Translations under genes and position numbers: made by a program
The notes under the pieces: generated by a model
Database searches by the model: none
Told to the model about the DNA's origin: nothing
What the model saw: the letters and a program-made list of their open reading frames with translations, nothing else
Shown: positions 51,115 through 64,000 of the stretch, one piece after another
Numbering within the stretch: position 1 is the first letter of the stretch
Layout: the number at the start of each line of letters is the position of its first letter
Assembly: GCA_039096225.1 (NCBI GenBank)
Contig: JBBPEB010000021.1
Coordinates: 372,001 to 436,000 of the forward strand
Length of the DNA: 64,000 nucleotides
Origin: Blastocystis sp. Blastoise
Taxonomy: Eukaryota > Protista > Bigyra: Opalinata
Direction of reading: 5' to 3'

Positions 51115-51775
51115 CTACATTTGATTATTACTTTCAGGACCTAAATAATCACCACGAATAGTAGCTGTAATACCCTATAAATGACAAAATAAACAATATA
51201 TACATATATAAAATATTACGATTTTAGTATTATGAATGTTAACACCAATAATTCGAACTCTTAAATGTGTGTCAACTTTGATAACTTCATTATCAGCATT
51301 TTTATAACAAGAAGTTTCAGGATCAAAACTGTTCATATAATCTTCAAGGAAACAGTAAATAATTAAGAAAAATATAAAGATAATTTGTTTCATGAAAAAA
51401 TAATAGGATTATTAAAAAAAAGTGTATAAAGGATATGCTTTTAGAAATAAAAATATTATCAATAGGACCAAATTTACAAAAAACACCTTCAGATCCAACA
51501 GAAGATACACAACAATCTAATACTTCATTTTTAAAAGGACGATATAATAAAGCAGTAAATCGAATTTTGAATTTTGAATAACCAGTATCATTATCAATAA
51601 GTCCGATACCAATATTATCATTAATATCTAAAACTAAAATTACAAAACCTAGATTACCAAGAAGACATCCTTCAACCATATCACGTAGCTGAGCCTTCAC
51701 TCTATCCTTGAGTCTTCTACCGAGATATTGTGGATGAATAGAAATGATATGGTCTAATTCTTTTTGAAAGAACAT
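51115..51775 (-). CDS. RPB7: RNA polymerase II subunit RPB7, three exons
   Basis: MFFQKELDHIISIHPQYLG...VEG...GFV...YRPFKNEVLD...VRIIG...ATIRGDYLGP. Confidence 0.92.
51355..51436 (-). other. U12-type AT-AC intron in RPB7
   Basis: 5' ATATCCTTT, branch-like TTTTCTTAAT, 3' TTTAC. Removal joins ...FISKS|CFLEDY... in frame. Confidence 0.85.
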
Positions 51776-52642
51776 TTTCAATTATTCTGGAAATTATATA
51801 TATATATTTCTTTGATTAATAATAAAACCCTTTATTTAGATAAAAGAGTGTTTATAGAATAATGAAGAAAATATTACATTTTGTGAACGAAAATACAATA
51901 TAATCATGAATGCTATATCGTTTTTTTTTCAACACTTTTTTTTTTAAATATGTGCAATCTGTGTTGTACATAGCATATCATTATATTTAACAACATTGAA
52001 GACTATATATATATGATATTTATATAGAAAATATAAATTATCAAAAGACTATTTTGAGATCTAATTATATATATTCATCTAACTGAAATTTTTGTTTCAT
52101 AAAAAGTGTGTGCGTTTTATTATTGTTTTAAATACAATAAATTTAATAGAGATTATAGTTATTTTTCTATATAGTATTAGAAATTCATGTCATAATTGTG
52201 TTAGACTTATATGAATAGATGTATACATAAAATATTCACATGAAAAACATGTTAATATTCTAAAATAGTGTTTATACTCTTGTATAGGTTTAAAAAACAT
52301 TGAAAACAATACTAAATGATGAACTACTTACTTTTTTACTTCCTTATAGACAATATATATCTATGTATATGCGTTAGAAATACAGATATAGACATTTGAT
52401 CTAATTATTTTTTGTATATTCTTTCTGTATTTAATTTAAGTACATTAGTCTTGCCAGTATTTATATTATTTTTATTTTTATTCTGTTGAAATCACAAAAA
52501 TAAAAGTATATCTCAAATGAAGAAAATCTTTATGAATATTTTGTTATTTATTAAGAGTAATTTGAAATAATCTAGGAAAAAGATGCTGGACGTATATGAA
52601 TAACATACTTTGGTTTTTGTATTCTGATTTGTATAGTATATT

Positions 52643-54990
52643 ATGTTTGCCAATATTGGTGAAAAACTAAAGAAGATCGATGTATATCGTTCAACACAAG
52701 ATGATTTTACTGTGAAGACAATGTCAGGTGCAATTATTTCTATTATAAGTGTAACATTGATGATTGTACTTTTTTCAACAGAATTTATTGCAACGATTCG
52801 TCCTGTATTTGATAATATTATCATTTTTTTACTCTAAATTGTTATATATATTATATATTTAATATATGTAGGAACAATACGAAAAACTTGTTGTCGATAA
52901 AACATTAGATCAACCCATGGATGTTCATTTTGATGTAAACTTTCCTTTGATTCCTTGTTCTTTACTTGCTGTTGGTGCTCGTGATGCTCTTGGTGAAGAT
53001 AGACGTGATATTATTACTAATATTTTCAAGCAAGATTTAGATATCAATGGTAATTTGATAGGTAATGAAAATAAAGATGAAGTATGTTTTTTATAATTAG
53101 ATATTTTTAATTATATATAAATCTTTATATAAATGATTTTAGCTTGTTCATACTGCTGTAACAAAAGAAGAATTATTAGTATATATATATTATTGTTTAT
53201 TATTAATAATAATAATTATTATTATTTAGGCTGAAGAGAAGAATAGTAAGTGTGATGAATCTTTCTCGTTGCTTTCTATTGAATATAATTATTCTCTTTA
53301 GGTACTCAATGTTTACCTTGTTATGGTGCGGATGACGTCGTGACACGTGCTTCTCCAGATGCTCCTGCCTGCTGCAACACGTGCGAAATTCTTATGGATG
53401 CCTATAAGAAGAAGATGTGGAGTCTTGATAAAATTATGAAAACTCCAGTTGTATATATACATATATGGTGATATATTATATATTTAGTGATTTATGCTAT
53501 ATATTTAGTGATATATTATAGATTTAGTGATATGTTATATATTTAGTGATATGTTATATATTTAGTGCTTTATGTTATATCTATATATAGTAATTTATAT
53601 TATATAAATATGAATATAAATATATAATTATATATAATATATATATAGTGTAAAGACTTCGATGGTTTTAAGAATTGGAAAGAAGGTGTAGAGAAAGGTT
53701 GTCATATCTATGGATCTATTAATGTCAATAAGGTTGGTGGTCATATCTTCTTAGCTCCTTCTAAAGCTTATACACTTATGAGAGAACGAAATTTAGATTG
53801 GAATACCATGTATGTCATATAATCTATTCTCTACAGATTATATATATATATATTTATAATATTTAATTTATATACTATTCATATTGATTCTATTGGTTTT
53901 ATTCCTCTATATTTATAGGCAAAGAGTATATAATGTTTCTCATACAATTAACAGTGTTACTTTTGGACCTAAATATCCTGTATATATCTATTCATCATCA
54001 TCTTCTTCTTCTATTCCTATTTATCATGTATATACTATTATATACTATAGGGACGTACGTCTCCCCTAGACAATCGTTCTTTTACCATGAATGACACTAC
54101 GGGCATGTATCAGTATTTCGTTAAAGTTGTTCCTACGACATATAAAGTAGGCAAACAATCACTAGATACCTATCAGTATGATCCCTATTCTCTATTATAT
54201 ACTCTCTATTATATTACTAGAGGACATTATTATATGCTTTCTAACCTATACTCTTAATAAATAGCATTATTGTCTATTTTCTATTTTATATTCTCTAACC
54301 TATACTCTTAATAAATAACATTGCTATATATTCTCTAACCTATACTCTTAATAAATAACATTTCTTTATATTCTCTAACCTATACTCTTAATAAATAATA
54401 TTTCTATATTTTCTCTATTATAACATTAGTAAATAATATTATATATATTCTCATCTTGTTATTTCGAGTATATGCTACTTTATATAATACTCCTTTTATC
54501 TCTAATTTCTTATTTATATATATAATATATATTTTTCTTCTTAATAATACATGTTGTTATGTTTATAGGATCTCGGAAACTCATCATTTCCGTCAAATGA
54601 CAGATAAATCGTCATTCCTTTTCCCTGGTCTCTTCTTCGTCTACGATATATCTCCTCTTCGATCTATTGTCACCGTCGAAACAAAACCCGTTGGCGCTTT
54701 CTTCACTTCTGTTTGTGCCATTCTTGGAGGAATATTCAGTGTATATATATATACTATTTCTTAAGTTTCTCTATTTATTATGACTTCTATACTTATATTA
54801 ATTGATTATTCATAAGTATAACTAATAACTATAATATCTATTCAGATATTCTTTATACTTCTCTTGTATATAGATGATGGGACTTCTTGATTCTATTATT
54901 TATGAATTCACAAAGAAAATAAACAATAAATCTTCTGTATTGGATAATAAAAAACCATTAATTCCTATTCCTACTGCTAAAAGAGACTAA
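52643..54990 (+). CDS. ER-Golgi intermediate compartment protein (ERGIC3/Erv46-like), multi-exon
   Basis: LKKIDVY...KTMSGAIIS, FPLIPC, CLPCYGA, CCNTC, GCHIYGSINVNKVGG, YQYFVKVVPT, PGLFFVYDISP, CAILGGIF. Confidence 0.88.
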
Positions 54991-55761
54991 GTCACTTATA
55001 TATATTCTTAAACTTGATTTTATTATTATCATATTGATTAATCTCTTTTCTTCTAGTTATTGGATTATACTTATTATTTAGTCATATTCTTTGTTATTAC
55101 CTCAATAAACATATCATAAATACTAAATTCATGTAAAAAAACAATTATTAAGTTTTTTTTATTTGAAATAACACAAATAATATTTGACATTAATCAATTT
55201 TTCTATGTTAATCAACCTACCATTCTCATAATCTTTGATGAGAATTCAATGTCCTATTCAATCAAATATGATATACTATTATCTCGCCAAGAATTGTGAA
55301 CAGTAATGCATACATTCCATGTTTTAAAGGGATACTGCTCTAAAAGAAAAAGATAGCTTGAAAACGTTGTTTACTGAACTACCAATTAAAAATATACTAA
55401 ACATATAATTTTTAACGATAAAACAGTCTGATGTTCTTTTTTCCAAATGATCCTTTTTTGGAAAAAAGAAAAAGAATTTGTTTTTTTAGTTAACTCTTGA
55501 AGTTATTATTTTGATGATGTGTCTTTAATAATGAGAATAAACTCAAACTGGTTTTTCCGGTATCTCTCAGAGAACCGCAAATAACAAGAGATTCAAGCCA
55601 CACGACGCAACATAACCGCGGGTTTCTAGAAGACAAAAAAAAAAGATAGAGGTGGATAGTATTATTACTTTTTTTTTAATTCATTTATCTTTGATTGTTT
55701 TGTAGACATCAGAGGTTTTTAACAAATTAGTATTTGAATATAAATTAGAATTGAAATTGAG

Positions 55762-57008
55762 ATGAGTCACTTACAAGAAGAACCTAAAGTTACAATTGAA
55801 GAACCATTAGCAAACACTTCACTTAATAATTCTTCACAATCATCACACAATATGTCACAGCCATCAAAAAGTAGTCAACTTTCTGATACTGTTGGATTTG
55901 TTGCCGTTAATTCTATTGAAAAATTAGAAGTTATTGATAGAGTTGCACCTATCATACAGGAGGTAAATTAATTATAACATAGTTGATCTTATTCTTATTT
56001 ATATAATTCCATGTATATAGACTCCAGTCGTTACACCTAAAGCTTTTCGTATTTTTTTTTTTTTTGAAATATTGATATTTTATGGCATTATTTGAATCTT
56101 TATTATCTATAGCACTTCATCCTGCTTTAAGTGCTGTTCCTAATGGTGCTCCCAAATCTAAAGGAAAATATGGAAGTATATCATCTGGTACTTCAGCGCT
56201 TTTAAAGAATCGAATGAAACAAGGAGGTATTCAACATTTCGATTCTGGAGAACATTTCCGTCAAATGGCTCAAGATACTAAGAATAAACAAGCGGAAAAG
56301 GTATATATATATATATATAAATATGACTTGAAATAATAAATATAATAACTATAATTATTATATATATATATATAGAAGATTTTGAATAATTTCCATTCGG
56401 GATTATCTGGTGCCCCTTCTACGGATTCCTCGTCTATTCCTGAATCTCCATTAGCCTCTTCTTCTAACTTGAAACCTAGTCTTATCCATATGGCACCTAA
56501 TGCTCCTAATAAACAAGAATATCTAAATCATTCACATTTACAAGGGTCTCTACAGGGTTCTTTACGTGGTTCATCCCTTGCTTCCTCTCATGCACCTTCA
56601 TCTCTTGCACCTATTTCTCATGCTCCCTCATCTCTTGCTTCTTCATCTCTTGCACCTATTTCTCATGCTCCCTCTTCTCTTGCTTCTTCATCCCTTGCTT
56701 CATCATCCCTTGCACCTTCTCATGCTCCCTCTTCTCTTGCTCCTTCCTCTCTTGCACCTATTCGTGAGCAACCTTTATCTGTATCCACATCTACTCTTAA
56801 TCCTTCTACACTAGAGTCTACTACAACTCCTATTCTCTCTCATCGTATTAATCCACTTCGAACTCCAAACAGACGTCTCAATAACTCTTTCGTCGATGCT
56901 CAAGGAAGAACCATCAATCGTCTCTCTAGTGCCTCTATTGAAAACTTCGGAAGTGATGAAGAAGATGCACTTGAAGAATATAACAAAGAAAATGGAATCG
57001 AAAACTAA
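55762..57008 (+). CDS. Endosulfine/ARPP-19 family protein with Ser-rich repeat extension, multi-exon
   Basis: KYGSI...LLKNRMK...HFDSGEH matches the endosulfine FDSGDY region; SSLAPISHAP repeats. Confidence 0.7.
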
Positions 57009-57568
57009 ATTATTATTATATATATATTGATTATATATATTCTTTGTATATTGTTTTTTTTTGAATATTTATATGTATTTCTTTTTTGTTGTTGGATTCA
57101 TTTGTTTTCTGATTTCTTCCTTGTTCTTATATGTTTATTATTATATTTATATAATATAGATTTTTTCGATATACGTATATTCGCATCCAAGTATCTATAC
57201 ATTCGTTTTTCTGTTTATATTTACTTATCTGTTTTATCTATACCATTTTTTTTGTCTTATGCTATAACATATTTATATGATTAAGTTGTCTTTGGTTGCT
57301 CTTATTCGTATTTATTTTCCACCCTGTAAATAATTTTTTTTTTGTTTTTGTTTTGTTCGAGAAAAATGTTTTATTTTATTGTTACAAAATAATATATATA
57401 GTCTTTAAGAGTATTAAATAACATACATATATATTATTGATTCAAATAACTTATTTGTATTGTGTTTAATATATATATATTATTAATTAATAAACAATGT
57501 ATTTTCTAATAACAATAAAACAAATATTAAACATACAATATATCAATTTGATTGAGTAATACTATTTA

Positions 57569-58966
57569 TTACTCAACTTGATCTTCCAGTATATCTTCTT
57601 CGTCTGATTCAATCTCATCGGTATTATCAAACATTTGAATATATGTATATTCAGGAACATATTGAGAACCATCTTTATTTTTAATGGAACAAGATTCAGA
57701 ACATGTATAAATATTAATAACACCAAAATCAATAGATGGAATGTGCTTACCTTGTTGTTCTAATGTATATATAATTTGTGGCATAATTTGGATTTCACAT
57801 TTTCGAGGAGCCCCACAAAGTGGGCATGGAGGGATATTCTGTTCATCCAATAGATTATTATGAGATACCCATAGAATGGATGAATTGTTCCATTGATATA
57901 TTCTCATAATCTGTTGTTTAGCATATTTTACTCTATTCATAAACTTATATATATATGGATCTTTCATAGCACTCTTTTTAAATACTTCTTTTATATCTAT
58001 ATCTGTAGCTACAGATGAATCGAACTCTATATTATTATAAGTATATTCATAATAATAATAAATATAATAAGTATAATAATACTAAGTATACTAATACTAA
58101 TAGCATACCATCATCTTGTTTTAGATACTGATTATACTCTTTTTCAATTTCTTTTTCTTTTTCTTCATCAATATACTCAGTTTCATCATCCAAATAAACC
58201 TATATAATAAATATTATATATAAATATTAAATAATAAATAGAATAAATATATAAATATTAAATAATAAATATAATAAATATATAAATAATAATAATAATA
58301 ATAATAACAATAATAACAATAATATATATACTTCTAGTTCAGGAAGAATTTGATATACATATGATGCTTGAATTGGTTTTTTAGGCTTATTTTCACACTC
58401 ATACATATGTCCACATAACATATCATGTATCTATATATATAAAGTAATATATAACTATTTATATGTCATTTTATAAATAGTTTATATAAAGAAATAAATT
58501 TTATAAAACAAATGATTACTTTATGTTCTTTTGAGCAGTAGAATCGTTTATTGCATTTCTCACACGTAATACTACTCTTCTGATTACAATAATTACATAA
58601 ATTATTCTTCCAGTAAAGAGGGCTGCTAGGATCCGATTTATCAGAAACGTCGGAACTATTGTCACTTTTATAATACTTATTGTCATGAGGAAGCTGACAT
58701 CGAAGCGCAACACATTCTCCATGACTAATACAATCCTCCTTACTACAAATAAACACGTAAATACAACGATGATAACACTCTTCTTGATCATCAAGAGGTA
58801 AATAACACTGTGCAAGAAGCATCAAAGGACTTTTACAATTCTTACAGAACAATGCATCAGGGACATGCTCAGGATCAAGCCAAACAGGTTTCCCACCAAT
58901 TTTACTACTATCCCAAATATTCCAATGCTCCTGCATAGGAACCGGAAAAGCTAGATCGACAGACAT
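57569..58966 (-). CDS. PDCD2: Programmed cell death protein 2 (PDCD2/Tsr4; zf-MYND plus PDCD2_C), multi-exon
   Basis: SKIGGKPVWL, CxxC...LLAQCY, MYND-like CNYC...CEKC...YCSKEH, QIMRIY, CPLCGAPR.CEIQIMPQ, DFGVINIYTCSESC. Confidence 0.88.
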
Positions 58967-59447
58967 TATCTAAAAAAAAAATTTCCAAGGTTAACAAAAT
59001 TTTATATATATATTTTTTAAATTCTTCTTTATTTCTTTCTTAATATTTTTTAATTTTGAAAAAAATAATTTTTGAACAGATCTTCCTTATTGTTTTTTTT
59101 TGATATACTTGAAAGGTTTATTAAATTTTTTTGAGTGAAATGATTATGAGAAAATACAAGAATTTTGACATTATTATTGGCAGTACACGATTCAAAGAAA
59201 ATGAAATTTAATATTCAATACTCTTAAATGATATCTATAGTTTTTTTGATACTTGATTTTGTGTTATTGATTTCTATTGATCACTTTCTTCTTTAAGAAT
59301 TATCAAGACAATGGTTAAACGAAGGTAAACGATAAATAGCACATTACTATGCTAATATTAGAAAAACGGAAATAAAACAAAAGAAAAATAAAATGAAAAA
59401 AATGGAATATAAATATTGATATAGTACTATTATTAGAAATATCTGCA

Positions 59448-62252
<2,805 letters not shown>

Positions 62253-63036
62253 TTATATGCTTTGGAGACGAAAATGAAAATAATAGATTTAAAAACACAT
62301 TTGAGAACAATTTCGTATCTTCATGTTTATCTGGAAATCTCTTATAAAATTATAATATTTACTACAGTTATACACTATTCAGAACAATAGGAATTGATTT
62401 ATTATTCTAATAGAGAGTTGCGTTCCATTATTTAGTGAATCAGAAAATATTTGTGAATAAATTGCCTTTATTCTCTATAGTCTATTTAGATAGAAACATT
62501 AATGGTATATAGACAACTTTATTAATGCTAAATTTGAAGAGAAATTAGTAATTGTGGTTTTCAGTGGTGGTTTTAGTACTAGATATAATTGTTATAATTA
62601 TATATTAATAGAAATCAAAGTAGTTGATATATCTATGACGAATATATTTGTATGAGTACTTTTGTGAATAGAAATTTCATAATTATGTTCAGTATAAAAA
62701 TAATGAATAAAAATAGTATTCAAATCAAGATGGAGTACTTTTATATAAATGGATTTATATATATTATCAATTATTTTCGGAATATATAATACTTTTAATT
62801 ATTTCGATGTCATCAATGTCCATATATACTATTTTCTTTCATTATAAAAAATATAAAGAATTCTTTTATAGAAGTATGCTAGAGTGCTTGTATAGAATCG
62901 TAGTTATGAAGTCAATAGAATAACAAAACATAAAACAAATAAAGACAAACAACTACATATAATAAAAGAGAAATAATATATGAAACATCAAAATATGAAA
63001 AAAAAAAAATGGAAATATTTTTATATATCGAAACCT

Positions 63037-64000
63037 ATTAATACTTTCTTTGAGAGGTATATCCGCGGGAATCCTCCATAAATCGTTTTTTATTCACATC
63101 TGCATTAGGAATGAATAATTCCTTTTCATATTCAATAGTATGTTTCATATCGACACAACGTAAATGAATTTCTTCGTCATTTGATAACTCGGTCTCCTAT
63201 ATATATATATATAGATAGAATAATTATAACAATACTATATAATAAATATATATATAATAAATATAAATATAACAATAATCTATAATAGTTATAACAATAA
63301 TCTATAATAAATATAACTATATATATAATAATAAAAGCAATAAATATTATGAATAGAATACTTTTAAATCAATGATTCTTTGAATATCTTCAATAAATGA
63401 CTCGATCTTCTCTTTCTTCGTAGTTAATTCAATTTCTCGTTTTCTTAATAACTGCTGAATCTCCATTTTTGATACTTCCTCATACTGAATGGAAGCTATA
63501 TATAATAATAAATATAATAATAATAATATAAACAATAATAAACATAATAATAATAATAACATAAATAAACATAATAATAATAATAAATATAATATATATA
63601 CGTTTCTTATCTTTTGTTTCTTCTCCTTCTACTGTGGTTGTTGTATATATATAATCATTTATTGTGTCTTCAATCAAAGCTTGATCCGCTAAAGATGAAT
63701 ATTAATACGTAGAACAACAAAAACATGATTATACATATATAATATATATAATATAAACTTAAATATGAACATTAAAAAATATAAAAATATCAACATGGAT
63801 ATAAATTAAAAATATATATATATATATATTCTTTATAGAATATTAATAAAAAAGATATATATATACCAAATATATCTTGTTCATTTTCTACTTCTTCTTG
63901 TATATAATCTAATATAGATTTCGCTTTTTGAATTCGATCTCTTGAGAAAAGATCTTCTGTGGATAATAAACTGATCTCCGTATTTGTTTTTAATAAACTT
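63037..64000 (-). CDS. 3' part of an unidentified multi-exon coiled-coil protein gene
   Basis: Charged exons separated by AT-rich GT-AG introns, ending ...KRFMEDSRGYTSQRKY*. The gene continues beyond the window. Confidence 0.55.

Noticed and set aside
54238-54400. Three copies of TCTAACCTATACTCTTAATAAATA
   Set aside because: Ordinary intronic minisatellite in the ERGIC gene with no evidence of function.

Overview
AT-rich eukaryotic DNA with short introns, most consistent with a Blastocystis-like anaerobic protist. This is an inference from two presequence-bearing pyruvate:ferredoxin oxidoreductases, a TGTTTTGTT 3'-end motif after most genes and a U12-type intron. Positions ~3112-28720 hold an apparently intact 25.6-kb endogenous Polinton-like virus (PLV). 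It has ~690-bp terminal inverted repeats ending in a GC-rich ~120-nt hairpin, an A32-type packaging ATPase, two paralogous putative major capsid proteins, two penton-like proteins, an adenain-like protease, an AEP/PriCT-2/D5 primase-helicase, a putative SSB and two tyrosine recombinases. No pPolB or retroviral integrase is recognisable. Three sequence-level systems stand out inside the element: (i) a -1 ribosomal frameshift signal (A_AAA_AAC plus a long stem-loop) that would fuse the basic core protein to the protease, Gag-Pro style; (ii) long perfect heat-shock-element arrays upstream of most non-structural genes and absent before the structural genes; (iii) a Pol III A-box/B-box hairpin RNA resembling adenovirus VA RNA. 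The PLV sits ~30 bp inside the end of a decayed hAT transposon. A nest of hAT ends follows, then an intact hAT (8-bp TSD) inserted in a dead Harbinger/ISL2EU-type transposase. Host genes are tRNA-Val, tRNA-Ser, two divergent PFO paralogs sharing a 45-bp promoter block, RPB7 with an AT-AC intron, an ERGIC/Erv46-like gene, endosulfine, PDCD2, a GH20 hexosaminidase and partial unknown genes at both edges. All family calls come from motif recognition by eye; no database searches were run.
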